A stretch of 64,000 nucleotides of DNA, taken from contig OX597820.1 of assembly GCA_951406725.2 (NCBI GenBank), forward strand, positions 26,660,001 to 26,724,000. The letters run 5' to 3'. The position numbers and the translations under genes were made by a program. This document shows positions 1-13,152 of the stretch, piece by piece. The notes under the pieces are model-generated. The model saw only the letters and a list, made by a program, of their open reading frames with translations, did no database searches and had not been told where the DNA came from. The stretch is from Octopus vulgaris (taxonomy: Eukaryota). Numbering within the stretch: the first letter of the stretch is position 1; every line of letters begins with the position of its first letter.

Positions 1-689
1 TGTCACGCTGAATCTCCCCATCCACTTGCACGTTAACTTCACGAGAAGGCTTTTACGCTGAACTATTGAGAAATCTGCAGTTACTCTATCCAGATTACAA
101 GTTTAGGTTTATACCAGTAATTATTGGGGCCCTGGGATATGTAACGCACTACCTAAATATCAATCATGTGAAATTAGGCTTTTCAAAACAAGAAAGGAGA
201 AAGCTAATTTGAAGACTACAGATGTAGTCCATCACTCCAACTGTAAAAATCTGTAAAACTTTCCAGAAGTTTGTAATTCAAATATGATCATGTCTAGATA
301 CGCAAATATATGCATGAGAGTACATACACAAAACAAAACATGCATATCTACATACATACATACATACATACAAAAATACCCTGTTGTTGATGTTGAAATT
401 CCAGTGAAGGAACCTTGAATCTAGGTTAGAAACCGGATCTTTATCGATGAGAAATCTTGAAATAAAATTGAACAATGACATACATACACAGCAACACAAA
501 AAACATTGGTAGCGTTTACTAAAGGTGAACATCTATCACATCTTAGTTTTTGTGATCTAATTCCAGCGACTGACCTTTGTTCACTCGTTACAAACCAGTT
601 CCCCCTTTTTTTTCACAGAAAGAATTTAAACAGTATATGAATATAGAATATTCATGTCTGTATACATTTACATCCATCCATCCATACAT

Positions 690-725
690 ACTACAGCTAC
701 CATCACAATCACCACCACCACCACC

Positions 726-802
<77 letters not shown>

Positions 803-1034
803 AACTGTTGCTGCTGCTGCCACCACCACCACCATCACCACCAGCATTAACACCACCACCGACGCTGCCGCCGCATGTATGCATGTATTCGTACATAATA
901 CATGCATACACACACATGCATGCGCACATACATACGTACGTACGTACATACATACACAGAAACATACATACATACGTACAAACACATACATACATGCATA
1001 CATACATACATACATACATACATACATACATACA

Positions 1035-1070
<36 letters not shown>

Positions 1071-1085
1071 TACATACATACATAT
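690..1085. repeat. (CCA)n/(CTA)n and (CATA)n microsatellite block
   Basis: Seen directly; produces the poly-L/T/V/S and YIHT ORFs. Confidence 0.95.
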
Positions 1086-1439
1086 GGCCGTTAGCGACAG
1101 ACTTGCAGACGCAGAGGTTCATTAAAAACGCGATTTTGAACGTTATCTCCTGTAACTATGCCAACCTGGAGAAACGAAGATCAGTAAATGATTCTGTTAT
1201 ACTTCTTTTACAAATAAGAGATGTACCTTTTACTCACCAATTCATCGCCATTCATACTAGGTTACACAAGAAATTTCCCTGCGTAGAATTTCGTTTATAC
1301 GATTATGGTTGACAATAGACCCAACATTGACATCAGCACCACCGACGTACGTGTGAACTATCTTCGAAAGCATAATTAAATCTATCGTCAAATGTAATAT
1401 CGGTATCGAATTTTGACACAAGGCCAGTAGTATTGGTGT

Positions 1440-1890
1440 CAAATTTTGGCACAAAGTCAGCAACTTCGAGGAAGGGTATAAGTCGATTATATTGACCCCA
1501 ATGCTCAACTGGGCCTATCTTATCGACCTTGAAAGAGTGAAAGGCAAAGTCAACCTCGGTGGAATTTGAACTCAGAACGTAAAGACGGGTGAAATGTCGC
1601 CAAGCATTTTGCTCGGCGTGCTAACAATTCTGCCAGCTCGCCTCCTTGAATCGTTAAATCTAATATCGCGTGTTACCGATAGAGGGCGGTGAGCTGGGAG
1701 AATCGTTAGCAAGTTTTGACAAAATGCTTAGCAGCATTTCTTGCGGCTCTTTACGTCCTGGTCTGAGTTCAAATCCTGTCGAGGTCAACTTTGCCTTTCA
1801 ACTCTTCGAGGCCGATAAAATACATCACCAGACAAGTACTAGGGTCGATGTAATCAACTTGCATCCCACTCCTCTCTTCAAGATTTCTGA
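1440..1890. mobile_element. Two divergently oriented copies of tRNA-derived SINE family A
   Basis: Minus copy about 1440-1647 and plus copy about 1685-1890. Head GGCGGTGAGCTGG..CGTTAGC (A box), GAGTTCAAAT (B box), body GTCRACTTTGCCTTTCA. Confidence 0.85.
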
Positions 1891-2239
1891 CTTTGAATCT
1901 TTCAAGGGGCCCGCCTCCCGTTTAGGGGGAATGTTGCAATCTCGGTCGCTTACACGCCATGGAAATCGGGTACTTTACGATCATGTTTATGTTTTTAATT
2001 TCATCTAGTTTCAGCTCACGAGCTGTGGCCATGCTGGGGCACCGCCATTTGGTGTTGCTACATAATTTTACTTCACGAATGCTTTTTAGCTATTTACATT
2101 TGGTGCATGAGAGGGTTTGATGCAACTCCCCTCATCTGCACCTGCTGCCGCGAAGTTGGTTCATCTGGCACACCTGACATGTGTCTATGAAATAATAAAA
2201 AAATAAAAAAATAAAAAAATAAACAAATAATTAATTTAC

Positions 2240-2486
2240 CTGTTAACTTGTTTTTGTTATTTGATCCGTCTAGTTGGTCCCATCTTATGTATAGATAAGT
2301 TCCATCGTTTTGAGTGTCTGCGAGACCTTTCTTGTAGAGTTTTTCAATGTCCTCGACGCTAGGTGCGACAGATTTCTCTACAGATATTCGAAAGTTCACT
2401 TCAACATAAGTAGGTTTCCAAATAATGTGGACTATTTGAACACCTAGCAAACCAGGAAGCCCTTGAGAAGTAAATATTGATAGTAG
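2240..2486 (-). CDS. Coding exon (4th found) of an EGF + SEA-like secreted/cell-surface protein: second half of SEA-like domain
   Basis: Acceptor ttttccgtttcag|CTA, donor ACAG|gtaaat; phase 0 to 1; open frame LLSIFTSQGLPGLLGVQIVHIIWKPTYVEVNFRISVEKSVAPSVEDIEKLYKKG...; joins in frame to exon 11084-10972. Domain call is by motif resemblance only. Confidence 0.8.
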
Positions 2487-2796
2487 CTGAAACGGAAAAT
2501 AAACAGATAAAATAACGGGTAACAGCAGGCAAGATAAAAATAAAGATAGAATAATAATAATAATAAAGATGTGGGTTAGTCAATTAAACTGACACGAGTA
2601 CTTGACTGGTACTTTATTTTATCGACCCCTAAAATGGTAAAAACAAATTTGACCACAATAAGATTCGAGATTCGAGCTCTAAACATGAAAAAGAAAACCG
2701 GAAGAAATGCTGAAGGGAATTTTGTTCAACGTTTTAACGAGTCTGCTAATCCACCACGCATATAAACACAAACGTCCACACATACGTGCGCGCAAA

Positions 2797-2900
<104 letters not shown>

Positions 2901-2913
2901 TGTGTGTGATTTG

Positions 2914-2966
2914 CACGCCTGAAGAATATGTTTGAGTTCTCTCAAAATATGAAACTGTTAGTAGCG
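2914..2966 (+). ncRNA. Degenerate minimal hammerhead ribozyme motif
   Basis: CTGAAGA - stem II atat(g)tttgag/ctcaaaatat - GAAA-ctgtTA; stem I weak; sits next to (TG)n. Confidence 0.45.
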
Positions 2967-3839
2967 CTTTAATACATGTATTGCGACTTTTAAATATATA
3001 AATTTATATATTTATTTTATGTATGTATGAATGTATGTTTGTTTGTTTGTGTGTGTGTGTGTGTGCATGTATGGGGGGTGGTGGTGCGTGCGTGTATCTA
3101 CATACAAGCACATGCACGTGTGAATAAGCACGTGTGAATAAGCATATAATGACGATGATGATGGTCACTCTTGTCGATTTCGACGTATGAGTGTTCGAAA
3201 GAAAGGATCATAAACACAAGAAGCTAAAAAGCTGCATCTATTTGCGATGGATGCATGAATATGATTCGAGTCCAGCTATGAATTTTGCTATGAAGTCACA
3301 ATGGGGACGATGGTGATTTTGATTTAGCCAGGGATTGGTCAAATATCTCTGTTGATTTGGGGATATAATTCTTTTATTGTTCTATTTCTTCAATTCAAAT
3401 AATTGCAAAGCACCATGACACATTTTACACCATTCAGATCGGTGTAGGCAATAACTTTCCCAAGATGTTGAATGAAACTGTCGGGATTTTAATGATTGTT
3501 TCAACTTATCCTTATACTTAAAAATGGTCTTCCATTACCACGGAATTCAGTGGGTTGACAAAAACATCAAGGACGATACAAAATGTGATTACATAAAAAC
3601 GTGTAAAAAAGTAAAATACTCGAAACAAAAAAGAAGAAAAGAGAAAGGATCTAAACAGGAAATATATCCCCAGTAGCAGAAGAGACCTCCGAGGGCTGTT
3701 TACGGAAACCCCCCAAAAACATGGTGATCCAGATTACATTGGCAAGTACATTTTTCAAGCTGATAGTCTTCAGTCTGAAGGTGCATGATCAGGGAAGGCT
3801 TGTTCGCTCAGACTGTGCTCAACTACTCTCTTTTTTTTT

Positions 3840-4053
3840 ACGGGCTAAACATAGAGGGGATAAACAAGGACAGACAAAGGGATTAAGTCGATTACATCGA
3901 TCCCAGTGCGTGACTGGTACTTAATTTATCGAGCCCGAAAGGATGAAAGGCAAAGTCGACCTCAGCGGAATTTGAACTCAGAACGTAGTGGTAGACGAAA
4001 TACTGCTAAGCATTTCGCCCGGCGTGCTACCGATTCTGCCAGCTCGCCGCCCT
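3840..4053 (-). mobile_element. SINE family A copy with the long tail variant
   Basis: Reverse complement matches the family A head/body and the TTTGTCTGTCCTTGTT..ATGTTTAGCCC tail. Further family A copies at about 4483-4695, 9590-9825, 10205-10410, 13150-13355, 27490-27600, 39225-39410, 40125-40250, 58520-58590. Confidence 0.85.
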
Positions 4054-5780
4054 TCCGTGCTCACTACTCTCATCTACCTTTTAACAAATTTGCTGGTCGG
4101 TAGCATTTCCTTCTCTACCCTCGCTCTCCTTTTCTAGTCAAACTTGAAAAAGTTGACGAAAGTTTGACCATAAAGGAAGATGCTTGTCTTCAGCTCTTTC
4201 ATTCTAGTCTAGCGTTAAAGTAAACATGACATACAAAAAAATCTCTACGGACGTATGATGTAGTCCTCTTGATACAGGAATCTCCTACGAGGGCCAATCA
4301 AGAAATCTACAAATTCAGGATCACTCTGACCACCGACAGCACGAGCCTACACCCTGCTATTCTCTTGTCTACTGGGTTAGGGGACAACAGCATAGAGTAG
4401 TTCCATTCACCTTAACCATTTTCTCCACAGTCACCCAGATTTTGACAAAATCGACGATGGTTTGACCAAAGAGGAAGGTATCATTTCTGCTCTAGGCACA
4501 AGGCCCAGAATTTTTTGGGAGGGACCTAGTCTATTAGATCGACTCCAGTATGCAACTGGTACTTAATTTATCGATCCCGAAAGGATGAAAGGCAAAGTTG
4601 ACCTCGGTGGAATTTGAACTCAGCACGTAACGGCAGACGAAATAGCGCTAAGCATTTCGCCCGGCGTGCTAACGTTTCTGCCTGTTAACCACCTTAGCAA
4701 CAACATAAAGACTTAAGAATGACATAAAGACTTACGAATATACAAAACCTGAAAAGTTTAGGACTAGATGTGATTGAAACGATTTGGTTTAAATACTACG
4801 CGTATCAATTTGCATTTTGTTATGTTGACTTGCTTCATATTTAACAGAAAATTTCCTGTTATGGACGGAGATAAAAGAGAAAACTAAACGGTCTTTATAC
4901 TAAAATATGGAAGAAAAAACCCTGAATTAACTAGATTTTGCCATATCGAATATCAGCTGCTGATATGGAAGCTACTGACAGAACTGATGGTTGAAGGGAT
5001 ATAATTTCTACTTGAAATAGAATATCTAGTTCCACAAGAACAAATTTATAACCATATATTGACGGAATATTGACAAAACGCTACTTCAACAGAGGATACA
5101 TCGCAAGAGGAATCTATCTGAGGTTGTTAAAAGAGTATATGAGAGGATTCCTCCTTCCTGGATTTTAAAGTATTTGAAAATATTTACCATCCACAATGTA
5201 ATAAATACTTTATCGAGGTGATCATAAAGCTTCGGCTGTTTGTGTGGATGTGTGATCATGGCAGTATATCTTTAGATGAAAGTGAGTTCAAAAGATATTT
5301 TCCAAGAAGATTCTCTGGCATAATTTCTGTTGCTTATTGGTATGATTTTGCCTGTCATATTGATCCTTAAACATAAATCATTAAGCTTTAGGTTTGAGAG
5401 TATGAGCATAAGAGCTGATTGGATCGTCCAAAGTGCGTAGTTGGTTCTTATTTTATCAATCCACGAAAGATGAAAGCTAAATCAACCACAGCGAGATTTG
5501 AAATCAGAATGTAAAGAAATACAAGTAAATACCGTATTTTGCCAATCAATCTATCGATTCTGTCAAACTCATTTCTTTGATACTGCCTAATTTCTTTGAT
5601 ACTGCCTGACAAAATATTCAGTATAGATGTTGAAATGAAGTTCACTAATGACAGAACCCTCTCTGTAAGGCATAGTCTATCCAGGATTAGATAATCCAAC
5701 GTTTCTTCTTCTTTCTTATGATGGAAAAATACGATTTGAGAAATATTTGGCTGTTGTTTCTGGTTAACATGAGAAGCATC

Positions 5781-6323
5781 ATTGTTCGACCGTGGTCGAG
5801 ACAATGGAATTTACTATGTTACACCAGACTTCACGGTCCATCATAGCATTACGGAGGTCCTGTTGTTGGATGCCTGTATCCCTGGAGATTACATCAGGGT
5901 AGGAGAGTGTGCGCCCTCTGGTATCGCGAGTAGATGGCTTCCAGAGGAGAAGAGTAGAAATTACCTCATTTTCAGCTCTACAACAATGTCCAGTAAACCA
6001 GACTCTTCTACCTTTCACAAGAGATGATACAGGTGTTAATTTCCCATATATTTGTACTTCGGTTGGATGACACTTCCACGAGAGATTTTGAGCTCTCATA
6101 AGGAGGCGAGTGTAAGTTCCATCCAACCGCCTCTCAAGCTTCTTTGACAATGTCCAGGTTTCTGAGCCATATAGTAGAATTGGTTCGACGGTGGCTTTGA
6201 AGATTTTAAGTTTGAAATCTCTACTTAGATTTGATGACCAGATCTTATGCATATCATTACAGGCTGACCAGGCCATACCCTTTCTAGTTAGAAAATCTTT
6301 TTCAGATGATGATATGTATGACC
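5781..6323 (-). mobile_element. 5'-truncated RTE-clade LINE with 13-bp TSD
   Basis: Open C-terminal RTE-like protein (KIFKATVEPILLYGSETWTL...RRLDGTYTRLLM...WFTGHC...AMMDREVW); identical CATGAGAAGCATC at 5768-5780 and 6324-6336. Confidence 0.9.
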
Positions 6324-9300
6324 CATGAGAAGCATCCTTATTGGTTATAATCAGCATTACTATGGCTATACTTGGAAACCCAAATGTTGCCTTTAAGGAA
6401 TCCCAGAACACTGAAAATCTTTGAAAAACATGAGATATGAGAACAAATGTGTTACCAGGAAGAGATGTTGCTCTAGGCTTAACTGTTACAAATTTTCCAA
6501 TTCTAGCCTCAATAAGTGCCCCTTTCACCAAAATAACCACAAGTATCAGCACAATACACACATCTGCATTATTTGGAACAACCAAAGTATTATCGATCGC
6601 ATATTGTATGCAAATATTTAGAATGGATAGAAAATACAATTTATTTATATTTCCTGTTGCGTAACTTCACACTGTAGTATAGAGGTTTTTACAAAAATCA
6701 ACAACTTCTAACAGCTGATTGTCAACAAATATTAACGCCCCGTCCCGTGCAAATAGCAACAGAAATTCTCTTAAATGCGATGATATAAGTAACATCTATA
6801 AAAAAGGAACTTCAAAGAAGTTTAATGTAAATAATATAACTAGTCGTTTTAAGACTGTATTAAACTTTAACCAATATAAATATTTCTTTATCATAGAAAT
6901 GACTGCGGCAATGGCTTGCCAAAACATGTAAGCAAGTCAGTAAATATATATACTGTTAAACTATCGAGTAGAATACAACATAGCCTCTATACACATAAAT
7001 AACAAACACAAATTCAAAGAAAATTTCTCTTTAACATTAAGTTAATGAAGAGAATTAATATTGTAAATGAATGTTTAACAAATACAAAACGGCATCAAAA
7101 TTGATGTAGGTGCTAAAAAACATGGCCTCCTCAAAACAGACATTTAGCTATCAATATTTCGATTTCCAAGTCAAGCCGAATAAAAAATTTGTTACTAAAC
7201 AAAAGAATAGTCGATCTTCTAAGATATACTTTGATGAAACGGCATTATTATATAACAATTTACTAAAGATATTACAAATTTTGAATAAGAAGAGGCACGC
7301 TGTGCTGCCTTGGTTTTAGTATCAAAGCAAAATCATACAATAATCTGCTGATTTTAATATACACTACAAGCTAATTGACCAATGAAATAGGATCTCTGTT
7401 ATTTTGACTAAAGTAGAAATTATATGTCCAAAATTATCAAAAGAGTATCAGTGATGTTATGTCTTGAAAACAGAAATCCACAAAAAAGAAAGGCAAAAAC
7501 TCATGAAACCTGGTGTACAGAAGTACAGCAATTAATTGTTCGATTTCCGAACCAAACCACATATATATATGTTGAAGAACAAAGAAGAGCATGCCTAAGA
7601 TGTATTTCGTCAACAAAGCGTGGTTATTTAGCATATTCAGAAAATATATAATGGCGTCGTTAGTGCAGGGTCTAAAAATGCCTGGCCTCCTTTTAATAGA
7701 AGCTCCGTAAATCAATATTTCGATTTCCAAACTAAATCAAACCAGACCAAGTCAGAAATATGTCAATGAATTAAAGAACACATTATCTAAGCCATTGCTC
7801 TTCAGACTTTATTAACCACGGCAACTTTTCATTTGCTAACACTTTTCAATGACATCTAACTACGATTTAGTAAAATTAAATACATCATATTTACATATGC
7901 ATATATATATAACACAAGCCAGGACATTACCTAAAGCTACAGGTGTAGTGATGGTCTTCATTGCATGTATGTAAATACAAATTTCGACAATGTCTTTTAA
8001 ATTATAGTGCTTTTTTTGCATAAAACTATGAGGGACAATTTAAACTGTGTGGCTTTGTTTGATAGAGCGGAGACGGTCTCAGGTCGATTGGTACCAAAAG
8101 AACTAAGGCACATGCTACAGAAGAGATAAACATAGATTAAATCAGTTGAATCCTGTTTCTTACGTAACTGTTACACTTATCTTCAGAGAAACTGTGTATT
8201 TATTTTGTAAAACACACACAAAAAGAAACTTCGTACATTTTTAGAAACAGCAAGCAAAACGAAATTCGATGATACTAAACGTCAACAAGGTAAAACTAAA
8301 AGAAAAAGACACTCATTAATCTAAGAAGAAAGCAAATAGTGTAAAGAAAATAACAAGCAGAAAAAATAAAGCAAACTAAACGGGAACATTTAAGGAATAT
8401 AAATAATATGTGAAGACATTCTAGAGTCAGTAGAAAGCTTTAAAGGAAAGATTCAGGTTAATACCAACAGAATTAAGAGCTGTAATAAAAGACATCGCTG
8501 TAGGAAAACAGCAATCATTTTTTGCTTTTTAAAGAAGAAGTCAAGAATTATTCTTCCAACCAAAAATAGTTCTGGTTATGGAAAAAAGGAAATGGAGATA
8601 GGAATTCTGTCTAAAAGAACAGATAGCTACGACAACCAAAGAATATATTTAACAAGTATTAATAAACAATATCATAACTAGTGATAACAGAAACAGAAAA
8701 AAAAAAGAAACTTAAAGCTCAGAAAAAGAACGTAAACTTGGACAACGGAAAATATTTTGGATACAGGAATATATTCCATGATTATGATAGCAGTGACCAT
8801 ACATAACACGAAGAGATTGAGAACAACTAAGTGTCTGTACAAAACAAAGGGATTAGTAAAATATAACCAATCTACACCAAGAAAGGAATTTTTCAAGGAA
8901 AGTTATTCTGAATAGCATTGATTCCCTTGACTATCAATGTTGAACCTCACAAACTGTGGAATTATCTGATATGCACAGAGCGTGAACTATTAATTATAAA
9001 TGGATCATTGAAAGTGAAAAATGGCGATCAATGATCACGTTTTTTTGAAAACGGCTCAGTGTTTGGCACAGATATGAATATTAAACTTAGGGAGATGAGA
9101 ACGACGGCAAAAACAAACCAGAAAGCAAAAATGCAAAAATCATATTAACTACAAAAGCGTATAAAGACATGATATATGGCTAAATTAATACACTTGTACA
9201 AGGATTTCTAGTAATGTTAGCCGACAGATATTAAAGATTAAAAGAACTACATAGATAAAAGCAATTGCATATGTAATAAAAAGTAAAAACAGTATAGTAA

Positions 9301-9829
9301 AGTGGTGGACTGTCGGTTAAGTTTGACCTTTAATGACTTGTATATCTATGTGCAGACCTGGTAAAGGTTCTTTTTTGAAGAAGACTGGTATTTGCTCACG
9401 TGCGCAATTTTTTTCTCTGTCCACGCTGCTGGTATTATGTTGGCCAAAGGAAACGGCGTCGACTTAGGTCGATGTTCCTTGGCACTAGTATGACGGAGGT
9501 ATTACTACCGGAAACGCAAAGACCCAGAACAAATACAACCAGGTATCTTGCCTGAGACTCTCACAGTTCCGTTAGTCCATCACCCTGGAATGGCACTTGT
9601 TTTATCGACCTCGAAAAGATGAAAAAGGCAAAGCTGACGCTGATAGGATTTGAACTCAGGGCGTAGAAAGACGAGTCATTCATACTAGCCAAGACTTTAA
9701 CGACTCCGCCAGCCCACCACCTTAAAATAGTACATATACAGACTTAAATAATACTTTCTTCTATAGGTACAAGGCTTGATATTTTGGGATAAGGGACTAA
9801 TCGATTACATCGACCCCAGTACACAAGAA

Positions 9830-10064
9830 ATTGTTGTTAATAAAGAACAGCAGAAACTGTTTTCACCTCAATAGACGTCATTGATTGGTTGAAATTGCCG
9901 AAATGCAAGAAATTTAACAAGAAATAGCTTACAAACTGCAGAATTTTCTCAAGAAAGCCAAGAGAAAAGATGTTTTATGTAACACATTCTACCAGTATAC
10001 AAAGTTTGAAAGTGCTTAGTTACAAAGAAATTTTTAAAATCTGCCGGTCAAAATGAAAAGATCC
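9830..10064 (+). mobile_element. Solo, diverged right arm of the long-TIR MITE family at 11372-12193
   Basis: Colinear with 11960-12193 (GATTGGTTGAAATT, ACATTCTACCAGT, AAGTTTGAAAGTG, ends AAAGATCC). Confidence 0.75.
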
Positions 10065-10551
10065 CCTACTTTGCCTAGCATGTAGCGCTGGCTCTATAAA
10101 TAAATATCCTGTAAGATATGCTTAAATCACGAAATTTTATTCTGTTTCAAGGGTATATAGCCGTTTAAATCAACTCCAGTAATTAACTAGCGCTTTATTT
10201 TATCAACAGCGAGCTGCGCAAAGCGTTAGCGAGTCGAACAAAATGCTTATTGACATTTCTTCAGGCTTTTTATATTGTGGGTTCAAATTACACCGCGGCC
10301 AATTTTACCTTTCATCGTTTCGGGATCGATAAAATAAGAACCAGTTGTATACTAGAGTCGATGTAATCGGCTTACCCTCTCTCTTAAAACTGATGGCCTA
10401 AATTTCAAACCGTTATTTTAGAAAGATAAGAAAGTAAAGTAACATTCGACAGGGTTTGAACTTAAAATGTGACCAAATATCGAAAAATAATTTATCCAGC
10501 GACTTTCGTATTCTGTCATCCACTCTATCTATGTTGCTTTCCGCACTGATA

Positions 10552-10948
10552 TCTTTATATATAAAAGTGAAGTTGTGTGTCTGTCTCCTACGATTTAGAT
10601 TCCTAACTACTCCCACATTTTGCGGTGCAGTTTAACCAAAACCGGGTATCTTATTGTTGTGATTCATTTCGAGCCCTTCTGTGTATTAGCGCGCGTCTAC
10701 GATGAGTCAACGATTTAAAAAAAAATTACGATCATTTTTTTCCATTTTAATGCATTTTTTCGCTATCATATAAGGGAAGTAACTCTCTAAAAATGTCTAC
10801 GATGAGTCAACGATTTAAAAAAAAAATTACCATCATTTTTTTTCCATTTTAAATGCATTTTTTTGCTATTTTTTGGCTATAACTCTCTAAAAATGCTTAT
10901 ATAGTTATTTCCCTTACAAACCCGAGCAACGCCGGGTGATACTGCTAG
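10552..10948 (+). mobile_element. Non-autonomous Helitron
   Basis: A|TCTTTATATATAAA 5' end; 3' hairpin CCCGAGCAACGCCGGG then CTAG|T; no TSD; internal tandem duplication of about 100 bp (about 10695-10895). Confidence 0.85.
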
Positions 10949-10971
10949 TAAAACATAAAAATATATGTTAC

Positions 10972-11084
10972 CTCGCGCTTCAGTTGTTCCTCCAGTTTCT
11001 GATATGCACCTGACAACTCGTTTAGCTCGACATTTAAGAGAAGCTGCCTTTTGATATAGATGTTTGCCCAGAAATACTGGACAG
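10972..11084 (-). CDS. Coding exon (3rd found): first half of SEA-like domain
   Basis: Acceptor ttcttcttcttcacag|CT, donor GAG|gtaaca; 113 nt, phase 1 to 0; (A)VQYFWANIYIKRQLLLNVELNELSGAYQKLEEQLKRE; phases match both neighbouring exons. Confidence 0.8.
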
Positions 11085-11371
11085 CTGTGAAGAAGAAGAA
11101 TAACAGAAGGAAAAAACAAATTAACAAAAATTCTCTTAGAAATTAATTTTTAAAAAAGCGAACAAAACAACTTGAACATGTAAAATGAATAAAGTAAATA
11201 ATACACAAAGTAAATAGGTGACATCAAACAAAACTGGCTGGTCTCGTATCTGCTCCATTTTCCCACCCTCGACCTACTCGTCTCTCTACCTATCATTACT
11301 TTTGTTGCATATAACCCCACCGACTCTTCATTAACCATTATCCCCAGTGCTTCCTCTCTTGAACAGCAGCC

Positions 11372-12193
11372 GGATGTTTACCTTTTGACCGACAGATTTA
11401 AAAAAAAATTTTTTGTAACTAAACACTTTCAAACTTCTGACACTGGTAGAATGTGTCATATAAAATATCTTTTACTCTTAGCATTTTTGAGAAAAACTTA
11501 CGTTTACGAAGTTATTTCACTTTAAAGTTCTCGTATTTCGGTAATTTCAACCAATCGATGACGTGTATTTAGCTGAATAAAATTACTGCCATTGTTTGTC
11601 AACAACAACTATCGGCAGTGTATTTTTCGTTTGTCACTGTTATTTATGACAACATTCGTACGTTTGTACTGGTTTTAAGATTTTTAGGGTTAGGGTTAGG
11701 GTGTTAGGGTTAGGGTTTTAGGGTTAGGGTTAGAGTTTTAGGGTTAGTGTTTTAGGGTTAGGGTTAAGGTTTTAGGGTTAGGGTTAAGGTTTTAGGGTTA
11801 GAGTTAGGGTTAGGGTTTTTGGGTTGGGTTAGGGTTAGGGTGTTAGGGTTAGGGTTTTAGGGTTAGGGTTAAGGTTTTAGGGTTAGAGTTAGGGTTAGGG
11901 TTTTAGGGTTAGGGTTGTCATAAATAACAGTGACAAACGAACTATACACCGCCGGAAGTTCTTGTTGACAAACAACGGCAGTAATTTTATTCAGCTGAAT
12001 ACACATCATCGATTGGTTGAAATTACCGAAATACGAGAACTTTAGCGTGAAATAACTTCGTAAATATAAGTTTTTCTCAAAAATGCTGACAGTAAAAGAC
12101 GTTTTATATGACATTCTACCAGTGTTCGAAGTTTGAAAGTGTTCAGTTACAAAAAATTATTTAAAAAATCTGTCGGTCACAAGGTAAAGATCC
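11372..12193. mobile_element. Non-autonomous DNA transposon (MITE) with about 280-bp TIRs, 8-bp TSD and a telomeric-repeat core
   Basis: Left arm 11372-11653 is a diverged reverse complement of 11914-12193; termini GGAT(C/G)TTTACCTT; flanks CAGCAGCC (11364-11371) and CAGAAGCC (12194-12201), 7/8 identical. Confidence 0.88.
11684..11916 (+). repeat. Interstitial telomeric array (TTAGGG)n with variant units
   Basis: TTAGGG interspersed with TTTTAGGG, TTAAGG, TTAGAG and GTGTTAGGG. Confidence 0.95.
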
Positions 12194-12754
12194 CAGAAGC
12201 CCTCTGGGATGTTCTCTCTGTGCTCATGTTTTTTTTTGTTTTTGACAACAAATTAACGTTAACGGCAATGAAGTTCATCAATGTTAGCAGTCATGACCAT
12301 AGATTCGGCAAATGTAAAAGAAGTACATAAAAAAGGGAAAAAACCCTCCAAAACTACTGCTCTGAGAGCTAGGGAAATGTGCGATAAACTACATAAAAGT
12401 CAGGCTGTAGTGGCCAGCTTCATTCTTCTCGTTGGTTACGAGTTCAAATGCTATGAGAGCTGTCTTTTGATTTTTAACCATTTTTTAATCTATGAAACCT
12501 TTGAGCCCTCATGCCCATTTGATGTTTAAGAAAATCCCTAATAGCTTTATAATTAAATATTATAAAGAAATTGTATTTAAAAAATTGGTAAAAAATTTCG
12601 TGCATTGTAGAAGTATCAGCAATTTATTGCACATAAATTTCAACAAAATCTTACAGGGACCTCATCACCACCCAAGTGTCAAATGGATCCTGGTTGAGAA
12701 CCATTGCTCTAGCGAGTGGCGTTGTGAAAACTGGACATGACTTCGACTGCGATA

Positions 12755-12967
12755 TTCTTTTATTCTTTTAGTTCTTTCAGTCTTCTACCTACGGCCATAC
12801 TGGAGCGCCGACTTGGAGGGCTTTTTTAGTCGAACAAGTCGACCCCAGGACTTATATTTTTTAAAGCCTAGTACTTATTCTTTCAGTCTCTTTTACTGAA
12901 CCGCTAGGTTACGAGGACGTAAACACACCAACACTGGTCGTCAAGCGGTGATGGGGGTATAAACACA

Positions 12968-13007
<40 letters not shown>

Positions 13008-13152
13008 AACATACATACAACGGGCATCTTTCAGCTTCTATCTATCAAGTCCATTCTGAAGATGTTATTCGGCTCGAGGCTATAGTAGAAGATACTCGCC
13101 CAAGGTACCATGCAGTGGAACTGAACATGGAACAATGTGATTGGGAAGCAAG
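12755..13152 (-). mobile_element. tRNA-derived SINE family B (internal (TA)n/(TG)n tract)
   Basis: Matches the full-length copy at 51970-52380. Other copies at about 14110-14385, 46115-46260, 46690-47050, 48375-48790, 54745-55065, 57095-57260, 58590-58895. Confidence 0.85.

Noticed and set aside
577-1125. Long ORFs of poly-L/T/V/S and YIHT/MYVC repeats (also about 15000-17200, 41900-42350, 45200-45940, 47600-49300, 52600-54250, 57200-58200, 61400-63500)
   Set aside because: Artefacts of simple repeats that lack stop codons; open in several frames and on both strands.
5779-6639. 286-aa ORF as a single gene
   Set aside because: Chimeric: the part above 6323 is flanking DNA read through the TSD into the truncated RTE.
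8300-9300. A-rich stretch resembling a decayed LINE ORF
   Set aside because: No readable RT or endonuclease motif could be recovered, so it is not reported as a feature.
11684-11916. Real telomere or chromosome-fusion scar
   Set aside because: Single orientation, short, inside an intron and enclosed by TIRs with a TSD; no head-to-head junction.
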